The position numbers and the translations under genes were made by a program. Below the pieces are notes generated by a model. That model had not been told where the DNA came from and did no database searches. It saw only the letters and a list, made by a program, of their open reading frames with translations. Shown piece after piece: positions 53,047 through 64,000 of a DNA stretch of 64,000 nucleotides. Origin of the DNA: Raillietiella orientalis (lineage: Eukaryota); assembly GCA_036172245.1 (NCBI GenBank), contig JAYWIR010000004.1, forward strand, positions 682,001 to 746,000. Direction: 5' to 3'. Numbering within the stretch: position 1 is the first letter of the stretch; every line of letters starts with the position of its first letter.

Positions 53047-54529
53047 CCACCACTTCAAACCTTCCGAAGTCGACCCCTTGTCCAAGTCGCCGTACCTGAT
53101 CTCTGCCGCCGCCGGGGATTCCAGGAGATACGCGCAGATAGAGCAGCAGGTAGAGAGATCCCATTCCGTGGAGTCCGGACTCCACCACGCCATGGGGGGA
53201 CGAGTGCCTCCGCTGTAGAAGCAGATCTGGATCCAGAGGCAGAAACTCAAGAGGCAGACGCCACTGCTCGTGCAGGCGTCCGACCGCCCTTTGTCTTCGT
53301 CGATGGGGTGTGTGCGGACGAAGTGGGTGAAGCCCGTTTCGGCAGAGCAGCGCTTCGAGAGGATGTCCGAAGCCGCCTCTGAAGGCGACCTGGCACGACA
53401 GAGCAGCACGGAGAGCGCCAGCAGCAGCAGGGACGAGACCGGGTCTGTAGAAACTCTGGTCCTTTCCGAACCCGAGGACGAGGACGCGGTCTTCGGCACC
53501 AAGAAGAGTTCTTATCCTACTGAGGAGGCAGGTTTCTTTCTATCCCATCCCCAGGAGCCGGAGTGGCCTCCATTCTCCCTCCTCCTCCGTGCGTCACCTT
53601 CCTTCATCCAGAACCAGGTGCTGGCTCCGGCGAGCTTTGAGATGCTGGGAAGCGTTCCGTACGTCGACTGTCTGTTCATGTACCCTCCCGCTGCGGGCAG
53701 CGAGATCCGTTGTCGCATCATCCGCGACAGAAAAGGGGTCGACCGAGGTCTGTACCCCACCTACTTCCTGCACATGGAGTCGAGCGATGGTCGTAAGGTA
53801 AACAAGAGAGAAATCCCATTCCTCCTTGTCGTCCATCTCTCTGAGGATCCGTTTCAACAACACCACCCCCGCAGGTTTTCCTCCTGGCCGGGAGAAAGAG
53901 GAAGCGCAGCCGCACGAGCAATTACCTACTGTCCGCGGATCCGACCGACCTCTCTCGTGATGGGGAGTCGTACGCCGGCAAGCTGCGCGCCAACATGCTG
54001 GGCACGCAGTTCACGCTGTTCGGGCGGCCATCGCCGTCGTCGCCGGGCGCCAGCGATGGCAGCGCGGGCAGCCCGGAGCTCGCCGTCATCTTATACGTGA
54101 GTGCACGGACGAGTGAAGCCGCGCCGCAAGAGTCGATTCGCGGTCCAGGAGACCAACATCCTAGGGTTCCGGGGTCCAAGGAAGATGACCGTCCTTTTGC
54201 CGGGAGCTGAGCCGTCCGTAGACGCCAGCGGCCTGGTGGCCCAGTGGCAGTCCGGAAGCCGCGCCGTGGTGGAGCTGCGCAACAAGACGCCGAGCTGGCA
54301 CGACGACACGCAGTCGTACGTTCTCAACTTCCGGGGCCGCGTCACGCAGGCATCCGTCAAGAACTTCCAACTTCTGCGGGTGAACGACACGGACAGCGAG
54401 GCCGTGCTGATGCAGTTCGGTCGCGTGGCGACCGATGCGTTCACCATGGACTTCCGGGCTCCTTTCAGCGCTCTCCAGGCTTTCGGGATAGCCCTGAGCA
54501 GCTTCGACGGCAAGCTGGCCTGCGAATGA
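53047..54529 (+). CDS. TUB: Tubby-family protein (king tubby/TUB/TULP-like); exons about 53047-53149, 53219-53797 (possible internal GC-AG intron), 53875-54096, 54149-54529; start codon not resolved
   Basis: N-terminal helix [26 protein letters not shown]. Tubby domain: [22 protein letters not shown]..|[111 protein letters not shown] at 54828-54833. Confidence 0.95.
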
Positions 54530-57500
54530 ACCGAAGAGGGAAGAAGGGAAGGGGGAAAGGAGGGCGTTGCTACCCTCCTCAGTTCCGACAGCCACTGTCA
54601 CGTGCGGGCCAGCTCGCACGTGCTCGAGGAGCAGGAAAAATGATCTCTCGCGCACAGCGCCGCGCGTTTCTCCCGGGACAAATCGAGAGCGGTGACGACT
54701 GCATTCCCTCCACGCTCCCACGATGAGACTTCGACACGATTGCGTGCATCTCAAGTCGGTGTCGCCGATTCCCCTCCTCTCCCATCTCACGCGACGGCAC
54801 ACCGTGCCGCAAGACGCTATGCAAGCGAATAAAAGGATGAGGTGTGAGGGGCGGGCAAGCAAAAGGGGAGATGGCATGAGGGACTTCCAGAGGTGCAGCT
54901 GAAGAGAGACGCTACTAGAGGGTAAGATGGATGGGCGAAGACGGATACCTTGGCGGAGGTCCAGATCGAGAAACTGTCCGCCACCTCTCCGACCTGCAGA
55001 CAAAGGCACACCTATGCAGCAGCACCTGTGAGGAAAAGAAAGGAAGACTGTATCGGGACTGAGTTTCCCTGAAGGCAAAGAAGCTGCCTGGAGGCACTTC
55101 GAAGAGGATGAGGCCACGCGAAGATGCCTAGCTTGCTCCTTCGCTCTTCGATTTCCTCCACCTCTGGGCTTGGAGAGTTTACAGAGGACATCTTCTCTTC
55201 CAAGGCATCTAATGGCTACCAAGTAAAGCGCTCTTCCAGCAAAGAGCAGAAACGATAGGAAGGGATTCCTGGGTTCCCTTCTCCTCGAGCCCTCCTGTCG
55301 CCGTGAGCGGAGCTTTCGGCCTTTGCACATTCCGCGAGACGGAACTCGTCACCAAGCAACGGAGAGGAAGATGCAAGGCGCAGGATGGTCCGGACGACTT
55401 CCTTCTCAGCATCCAGGAAAAAGGGTGGGTGGACAGAAGTGTCTTTGCGGGACTGTTCCGCAGCCTGGAGGCGTGCAGCTGATGGCGGTCGGCCCTGAGC
55501 GAGGGGAACGCCCCCGTGTGCTGACGAGGGTCCACAGCAAGAATCCGTCGAAATCTTCCTCCTAGGAAAGAACCGCTATTCAACGAAACGGGTCTGGTTG
55601 CCAGGCACATGTGCGAGCTATGCCGCCGCAAAAATGGGCTATGCCGGCGTTGGAGCGAAGCTGGTTGCACTTTTCACTCAGGAGGGCGCAGGTGCCTGTC
55701 CGATGATGCACGTCTCCTTTGCTCCTGGGGGTCGGCTTTCACTCCTTCTGAACGATGCTGACCTCATTCAGGCATGAACCTTGCCATGCGTACACAAGAG
55801 GTCCCAATCGCGCACTTCAGATCTCTGTTCTGAGATGTGGAGAAGTTTGACCTCGCGCGGTTGACATGTGACTTCAGATTTCGAATTTGCAGCGTACAGT
55901 TTCTCCAGAGATCGTGAAGACTCTCACTGACTCAGAGTTCAGGAATTCGCCTCGTGCTCGGCTCCATCGGGACCGTCCCAAACACGCTGTCGATCACGAA
56001 AGACGGCAGTTCCTAAATAAGAGGGCAATTCGCACAGGAGGGTGTGCCTTGCCTCCATATCAGCCAAGGACGTTCTCTTGATAAAGCCGGAGACGGTGTT
56101 CTTCCTCGAGCGATAGTCTGCCGTTCTCGAGCATCTCCTTCCCGGCGCCTCCCTGCCTTTCGCTCAATGCGGTCGTCTCGTGAGCCTCCGAGGTTCCATC
56201 CCGAGAGGTCGATTCATGCTGCTTCGGTTCTCGGACAGTCATCTGAGTTAGGTTCACTTTCGCTTCCTGATTCTCTGTGACACTTCGGGTTCCGCTCTTG
56301 CTTGGTCTTTGCTTTCCTGCCCTGCTAGGGGGCAGCCGAAACGAAGTCGCTGACGTGGAGATCCTGGCTGGTGCACAGGCGCGTACTACGCGTCCGATCC
56401 GCGAACGAGCAAAGACTACGACAATGGGCTCTTGTCAGGAATAATCCATGTCTAGTTACAACAGGTTTGCGGGACGAGAATAGGTTGCCGGGATATGACT
56501 GTAAGAATGCAGTAGCCCGCCCCTTCACGAGGAAAATTTGTCGCTTTTGCAAAGATGTTCGGGAAAGCTGGCAGTTCCGTCAGCATCTTTTGAGAACCAC
56601 CCAAAAAGCCCCTCCTGGTGTGCACAAGACCTTTTTAGTCTGCCTCTGACGATCTTCCTTTGTACTTATCCTGGTCTCTCCGAAGAGACGTTCTTCTTAG
56701 GACTTCTTTTGTTAAGGACTCGGACAGATGGTCGAGTGGACGTCTGCACAGAGTGTGTTCCACTGCTTTCTCGAACAGAGATTCGTTACGCATATTACTG
56801 CGGTTCGCACCCCATTCTCAAAGGCTTCCAGAATCTTCGTCAGCCTCTGCTTCGCCTTGAGCTCATGCGTCTGGATTGGTTTCTTATGGCAACCTCGGGG
56901 GGGCAATGTTTCTCTCCGCCTTTGTGCTGGTGTCTGGATTTTGCTCGTACCCCTAAACAGGTGTCTTGTCCTCTTCTTCTTCCTCTGTTCGTCCGTATCC
57001 AGATGACTGGAAGGACTGGTTTCCTCTCGGACCGTTCAGTGGAAATCGGCAGCAGATAAGATTACTTCCGGAATCTTTTATCTCGTAGGTACCGGCACTC
57101 ATGGAGATGCTTGTGAAGAGGGAGGCAACTCGGGTTCCGATGTGTTCTGCCTCTGGAGGCGGAATGAGAGTCGCTGACGTGGATGGGGCCAGTCTTCAAG
57201 CTTCCTCGTCTTTGCCTTCCCTGACAGGAGCGGCGCGTAGGTTTCCTGATGGCTAGGGAGTGATGTTCACCTTTGAAAACCACAGGAAGAACCGAATCGA
57301 GAAAGAACCAGCCGAGCTGTGGAACATCCTCAAAATAAAACAAGATGATTTTTTTTTTTTTTCTGGAGCAGCACCGCCGCAAAATTTATTAACCCTTTGG
57401 GTGCGGAACTCATCAGATTTAAACGTTCCGTGTTGATGGCACGCGAGTGGCAGTTGCGACCTCTGTGAACGGAACGCTTTTTCGAGTAACGCGTGCTCTA

Positions 57501-58919
57501 TCGAGGTACCGATCGACCACAAAAGTGTTGATTAAAGTTATCATTATACTCGTTCATTTGTTAATAATCTCTTTAAACTTATTCGACATTTTTAAGATAT
57601 CAGAAAGATAAAAAACAATATAAATTCTATACGACATCTAGAAAAACCGCGAATAGTTAGCCGATGTAAATAGAATTTTGTCTACTGTCGTTGCTAAGGT
57701 AATTATAATAACATAAATGGATGTGTCCATCTCAAACATTGATAGTGACAACTTATGTCGCATGTATAAGATGAAAACATTTTCCAAACGCATAGATGCG
57801 TCCATAACGCACGCTGATAGCTTCCGTCGCACTCATGTATGCGCCCACAGCACTCAAAGGGTTGATGGAGTACGAGGCGATTGCACTTCGGACTAATAAA
57901 ATCTCACAGATGGCCATTCTATCGGTGGCGCATGCATATTTCGTGGGGTACGATCTGCAGCAGTTGCATCTTCGCATTCGTGGAATCGCCGCAGTGATCC
58001 TGTTCTCATTGTGTCTCAAAAAGAAAAAGGAGCCGCAAGAAACCCTGCAAAGACTAGGTTGCAAAACAGATAGCAAGAGCTGCACATGGATGTGAATCCT
58101 CAAAGCTTAGTCATATGGAGAGATTTTCGAAATGAAAGCGAAGAGAGAGGTCCAGTTTCTGCCTCCTTCACAGTAGCTACGAGAGTTTCAAAGTCTCCTC
58201 TGGAGGCTACATCGAAAGTCATTTCAGCTTCTAGCATTCTCCTGTTTTCTGTTCCCCCGTGAATCCTCCTCTGTACACAGCCTCTGTTCGCATTGCGCAC
58301 ACGATGCTCGGTCCCGCTAGAGTGGCTTCTGTGCGCTACAGAGAATCGGACTGCAAAACGCCTGCAATGACCTGACATCTGCCAGTTTCCCATGCATCCA
58401 TCGAAGAAACATCACGATTCTTGTCCAAGAGCGTCGGCAGGCACACCAGCAGTAAAATACATCCAACAGGAAGATTTCGCGGTTCAACTTTGTTCTTTCC
58501 TGCAAAAAGTTCGAAACTTTCCAGGCTAAGTTCCGGTGTTTTCTTCGCAGCAGGAAGTTCCGCGCGCAAACCAAAGCATCTAGGATTCACGAAAGGCAGC
58601 ACGTTATTAGCCGTCAACAGTGAACCTTCTGACCAAGAAGGAAATGCTCTGCTACGTTCCGGTTCGTGCTTCGAGGGACACAAAAGAGAAGAGCAGCAAA
58701 GAGCACGCGTCACGGTTTTGCAATGGCGTCTTAAAGTTCCCTGCAATGGGCATCCCCCAAACGTGCTTCCATTTGCATCGACCTGCCAACGCTCCTGCAA
58801 TGAGGATTCTTTCATTTAGTGCATTGCATGTTCTCTGTTAGGAATGCTCTAAATCATCTTGACAACCAAAGTAAAAAAATAGGTTTTATGCAAGACCTGG
58901 GGAATCCGATTAATGAACG

Positions 58920-60598
58920 GGCTAACGCTGGGCGATGTTCGGATGGAAGATCCGCGCGCGCAAGTAACGAAGATCAATGCGGTGCCGACTCGGTCCTGCG
59001 CTCGGCCGGAAGCAGCGAGTCGCAAAGTTTCGCGGAGCCAAGTCGACGGCGCGCGCACCAGGAGAGCTTTTCCGTCTGCAGGCGCCAACGGGCTGCGGTG
59101 CACCCGGAAGCTGCGGAGGCTCTGGACGCGGCTGGCGCGGTGGGTCTCTGCGTTGAACCGACTGGTTGCTGGTCCGGTTCCCCCAGCTGCTGGCTTCTCG
59201 GGACGACGTGGGCCCCTTGGTTTCGCCCATCGAGAGTAGGCTGGTGCAAGAAGGGCTCGTGCTGGGTTGTGGGTGGACGTGGACGCTAGGATGAAGCGAC
59301 GGGATGCCTGCTCGCCGTACGTCCGGCGCCGCTGGGTGCAGCGTGGTCGAGGCGAAATCGCAGCGGGGCGGCGGCGTTTGTTCGGGATCGCCTACCCGGG
59401 AGTGGAGGCCTCCGTCGTGGTGGTGGCACCACGACAAACGACCAAGGGGTGTTCCTTAGTCGCTTCCTCGGGGGCGGCGAGGGGTTCGAGTCCTTTGCCG
59501 AATGGGAAGCGCTCAAACGCGGTGTCCGAGGCCTTCCTGAGAGCCAGTTCTTCATCTGCGGCGCCAGGCTCCCGTGCCTCTTTCGCGACACGCGGAACGA
59601 CGTCCGTGCCACGTCCGGCACGTGGCACGGACGCGGGGACAAGTCCGCTCCTGGAGGTCCATCGGTGCGGAATCTCGTCGAGAGCGCCACGGGATCCGAA
59701 GCGTCGCTTCTCTTCTCGAAGGGGAGTGGAACCGCTCTTTCTCCAATTGAAGACTTGCTGTGCTCTCCTTGAGAATTCGTGGCGGCAGGTTGTCCAGTTT
59801 CAGTTCGGGAATCCGACCGCTCGGGGCGAGCGCCAACATATGTCGAACGATTTCTTTTCCTGAGAAAAGGGCTGCTGTGCCAATGGCCCACCCAGATGAG
59901 CGACTGGGGGCGCACGCGCATATGGGAGGTTTCTCCTGGTGGGTCGCCAGTTTCCGGAGGCTGTGCCGAGCGCTCATCGCAGACTCATCTGGATCAGGGG
60001 ACAGCGCCAAGGATGCAGCTCCGTTTTCGTCTGGCAATGTCAGGTGCGCTCCCTTTTCGTCAGCATTGTCACTGCTGAACGGCGTGCTGCACACACCCAG
60101 CTGCAGCACGAACTCTGCTTGTTTTTTCCAAGGGTAGGTTGTCTTCTATACGTCGCACGTGATGGGCGCCACCCACAAGTCTTTGTGCGGAGTGCCTGCT
60201 CGCCAGCTGCCTCCGTGGCAGTGCTGTGCTGTCCACGCGGAGCCTGAGTCTCCAGGAATGAGATCTCCAAGAGTGGACGACCTGACAGGAGAGCGATTCC
60301 CTTCTCCATCCGGTTAATGCGGATGGCTGCGAGGTGCAACCTCTTGCGCAGGTACCAGCAGGTGCTCGCCGGCATCCAGCAAAGGATGCAGAGGACCACA
60401 TCGCGGGATGTAATCCCTTCCCTCTTCCCTGCAACTTATCCAGAATGCTTTTATTTTTTCTTTTTTCCTAATCCCTTAACCCCTCCGTGATGTTATGCGT
60501 GATGCTCCCCTCCAGATGGATTTTCGGACACGATGGATCCCCCCTATTTATGTATTTATTTTTTGTAAAAAATGAACGCTTTGACGCAGATGAGTGAA
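58920..60598 (+). mobile_element. Internally deleted L1/Tx1-like LINE: APE segment (copy B, 58920-59704) joined to an RT motif-4 remnant, C-terminus and 3' UTR
   Basis: Near-identical to 30453-31239; then RRGV/GTALSP/IEDLL (RGVRQGCPLSP remnant). The 3' end is homologous to the 13634 element (GCATCC..AAAGGATGCAGAGGAC, ATCCCTTCCCT, ATTTTCGGACA). Confidence 0.7.
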
Positions 60599-60636
60599 GG
60601 CTCACAAGAGACCGCTTGTACTTTCGCTTCACATAT

Positions 60637-62028
60637 GCATTTTGTATCTTTCACACATCATACGGTCCATGCATGAAACCCATAGGGGTCGTGCAACCCG
60701 GGTTCCTCAGCGCGGAACGCATCCCCGCGTAATACGGGGATCTCCTGCACTCTGCCCTCTGTCGGTTTCATCCTGAAGAGCAGTACATCTGTGCTCACCC
60801 AGGTGATTAAAAACGGCGTTCCTATCTCTCGAATTCTGATCGATAGTTCCGTCCTGTAGACACGAACCAGACGAATCCCTTGGAACACTTTCGTTTCGTG
60901 CATCCATTTTTAACAGCCGCAAAAATCACCACGACAGAACCGTATGCAACGAGATCTTCAACGCGTCATTTCGCGTACTGCACGATTCCATTGCGTGAAC
61001 TCAAATCACGTGATGAAATTACGCATGCAGGTTTGTGCGCTTTCGGAGCACACTTTCCCAGAGCAGAGGGAGCAGGGTGTGATTTGGAAGCTGAACCCTC
61101 GGCTTGTTTGGTGCCTTCCGAACGAGTTGCAGGCAGGTTTGATCTGTGCTCCATCGACGCTGTGGTCATCTGGTCCACAGATCTGAATACCGGTGCATTG
61201 TCTTGTCGGCGTCCGCGCGCGCAAGGACACGCCAAAGCACATCCATAAACAACAGCAGCACATTTCTGCTTATCTTAGTTTGCTTGCATTAAACGGATGA
61301 GTCTTTTGTCAACAGAGCATCAGAGACGGATGATAAGTTAGAGATGCATCCACATTAGGTCATCGACTGCTCACCGTTCGGTGCGAAAAAGGTCGTTTTT
61401 CTCCGCAGTTGATTCCACAAGCAGCAACAGCAACCAAAAGAAAAAAAAGAAAGAAAGAAGAGATTTATGCGTGCTTTCCACCTCCGTAAGTGATTTCATT
61501 GATTGATAGGGAATGCCGTGTCATCTTTATGCAACACATTGAACGCTGTACCCTAATTTCTGTTTTCTCACTGGGGAGGCGGGACGGGCTTCCTTCTGTT
61601 CAATCCCTGAAACGGCTCGTCAGTACCGGATCTGTTTTCTAACTGTTTGCTCGTCCTGGAGAAATCCCTGTCATGCCAACAGTGCTGCAAACTGCAGCAG
61701 CAGAGCAGGAGAGTTATCATCATAGTGAAGACATCAGTCTGCAGAAGGGAAACGAGCGTTGTTATTCCTTGAATTTTTCCCGCTGCTTCTCCTTGACGTG
61801 GGAGAGCGCTGTTCCTCGGGTTTTGCTTAAAATTCCTCAGTTGTTTTGCTCCATGTGAAAGCTCGGCAACTCAAGCGTCCAGGGATTTCTTTTAAACCAC
61901 TCGCTGCTATGGTGATGCACGTACAAAAAAGGTCCTCGTGTGAAGGGGGGATGTGTTCCGCGTTACACGACCCCTGTGGGTTTCATGCATGAACCATATG
62001 ATGTATATTCATAAAAGATACAAAATGC
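60637..62028. repeat. Pair of imperfect ~85-90-bp inverted repeats (60637-60726 and 61947-62028); possible old DNA transposon or MITE
   Basis: GCATTTTGTATCTTT..CATCATACGGTCCATGCATGAAACCCATAGGGGTCGTG..CGCGGAACGCATCCCC is mirrored by GGGGATGTGTTCCGCG..CACGACCCCTGTGGGTTTCATGCATGAACCATATGATG..AAAGATACAAAATGC. Confidence 0.7.
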
Positions 62029-62199
62029 GTCGTGAGCGCTGAAACAGTATTCTACTTTGAAGCACACGAAAAGAATTTCAAGCGTTTCCTTACTCAAGTA
62101 AAAAGTAAAAACTCCAAGTTTTTTTTTTCTGTTTCTAAAAAAAAAGACCTTTAGAATTTCGTTGATACTGAATTACTTGGAACAATTCTATTATTTCGA

Positions 62200-63620
62200 C
62201 TCTATCGTTCTCCGTCGGCGAAGAACGCATCTCCTCGCGTTGCTCCTTGTGTGCCAGTTCGAAAGAAGCGGCATCCAACCCACGTCGATCGCGTGTTCTT
62301 CGCGAAGACAACTGAGCTGACACCGCACCGCAGATTCGAAATTTCTCCCGCAGCGTTGTGCGAGGCTGATTTACCGCTCCATATGGGGAACGCCACCATT
62401 TTTATTCCTGCCGCGTCATGGGACACGTGTCCTGTCTCCACTCCAACTGTGCCTGTAAAACGAATGCCTACCTGACGACAATGTATCCTTTGCGCACTTC
62501 TGTCCCGGAGGAGCATTTGTGCCTTCTGGTTCGGGAAATCAGAGCTCATGCAGAAATGCTGCCTCAAGCACCACTGATCTTCACGGTACAGGCGATTTGA
62601 TGTGGCACGCTTATCGACAAAACAGCGGCAATAAGAGCACAAGATGCATTCTCGTTTTCGAAAATGAATTCTCGAGAGTGCTCAGATGCTGCCGGGCAAC
62701 ATTCGAATCCTTGGAACATTCGGAGAGGAGCCGATGTCCGAAACTTTTCCTTGGAACGCGTTGCAGTTGAGGATCGTGCATGCGTCATCGGGAAAACCAT
62801 GACAGACCAAAGATATGACGAAGAGGTGGCCTGAATCAGGGAAGCTGCCCTGGAACATCGGGACTTGGCAGCCTCCAACAAAGTAAGACCTCCAGGGCGA
62901 AGGGAGAGCAGTCGTTTTGAATGTCTTTAGCCCTTAAGAGCCCTCACCAACAGCCCTAGAAGAGTCAGGACAGAAGCAAGGAGAGTGTCGAGGACAGGTG
63001 CCCCTTCCCCCACTTGGCCTCCGAAGGAAGCGCCCTTAGGATCAAGAACATACATGGCACGGTCCCTGAGAGCGGCGGAGAGGCATTGAGGGATTGATCT
63101 CTGCGAAGACTCAGGCGGAGCATACCTCAGAGATGCTGCAGTTCGCGAGCATTATTGGGACATGCATCGGAAGCCTCAAATGTGTCTTCGTCTGTGATGA
63201 CGGTCGCACGGTATCAACCTCGTCGTCGGGACGAGCCAAAGAGAACAGATGAGAGAAGACGCCACTGGCATCGGTCTGTTCGGATCCCCTTCCTTGGCTG
63301 CCATCAACAAAATTTGAACGAATGGTGCAGGGAGGGTGCAAACTCGAACAAAGGTCAAGTGTTCCTGAGGGTGTCGGATCTCCCCGCGAAGCAGCCATCT
63401 TTTGCCTTTCCCCTGTACGAGGATGCAGTCAGGCAAATGGGTCAGGCAGCCCTACGAGACATTTTCTCGGGGTCATGGCGCACGTTGCGTTCCGATCTCC
63501 GAATCGCTTTCTTCGCCAATCGGCTCACCCAAAGGACCAGAGGGGATTCCGAAACTTCCCAAACAGGGCTGTCCGTTGTCATGCCGGGGGAGTCGAAGAT
63601 CAATGGGTGAGGTTTAGGGA
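62200..63620 (-). mobile_element. Decayed CRE-like (RLE-clade) non-LTR retrotransposon: RT and C-terminal region
   Basis: Ordered remnants: GKFR..SRLAKK (RPIAVGE..RRL), RGDP....LHP...FVDG (QGDPL..YLDD), PCMFLILRALP, LDTLL..LLG, LSLRPGGLTL....AAS (LPxRxGGLG..AS), SGA* (SGAWL), HKCSSG. Confidence 0.5.
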
Positions 63621-64000
63621 AGAGACTGAAATTAAAATCCTGCTAAATAATGCAGCAGCCCTCTTCCACGAACTTTCGCTTCCGGGACCCATCGCACTGA
63701 TCTTTCGCAGGGACGACGATAAATCATTCATGGACCTGGAAAAATTTACTCTTTATTTGCAGCTCAGTATCCGCGTTTTGCTGCCGTTCCTGACTTCATT
63801 TTTTCCCGTCCGCTTCCGATTGCACTTTGCATGCCCACTCGTCAGTGTTCCCACAGCTTGAAACCCAGGGATCCTGGAAGCTGCTCCAGATTCCCATCTT
63901 GAATTTTACGTGCCTGCAGCACTCGAGTTCCAAGGGAAAGAGCAGTTTCCGTAATGCTGGAAGGGGGACTTGCAGGCAGACCATGGCGACTCCTGCGCCC

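Noticed and set aside
54161..55330. 389-aa minus-strand ORF
   Set aside because: Largely the antisense shadow of the GC-rich last tubby exon and its 3' UTR. No recognisable domain, although an exon-like AG...AAG|GT segment lies near 54950-54993.
56712..56906. Minus-strand KILEAFENGVRTAVI, CENP-B-like
   Set aside because: No phase-1 acceptor and no recognition helix.
1..64000. CRISPR arrays, tRNA/rRNA genes, prokaryotic operons
   Set aside because: None seen; the sequence is intron-containing eukaryotic DNA.

Overview
Eukaryotic genomic DNA, almost certainly arthropod (it carries a Tramtrack-type BTB domain and introns of about 45 nt). Three host genes can be spliced by hand. (1) A BTB transcription-factor gene (+) with three constant coding exons (18378-22275) ending in a phase-1 donor, followed by at least three separate, intact, phase-1 terminal exons (23050, 23929, 32413). 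Each encodes a different Psq/CENP-B-type helix-turn-helix and has its own stop and AATAAA. This is a lola/mod(mdg4)-like architecture with swappable DNA-binding domains, built on HTH cassettes; possible decayed cassettes lie on both strands. (2) A four-exon centrin (-; 42293-43149). (3) A tubby-family gene (+; about 53047-54529, start codon unresolved). The rest is mostly heavily decayed non-LTR retrotransposons (L1/Tx1-like, APE-type, RLE/R2-like, CRE-like). These include a ~787-bp dead LINE segment present twice at >99% identity 28 kb apart. There are also two perfect 18-bp hairpins and a pair of long inverted repeats. All calls come from reading and translating by eye; no searches were run.
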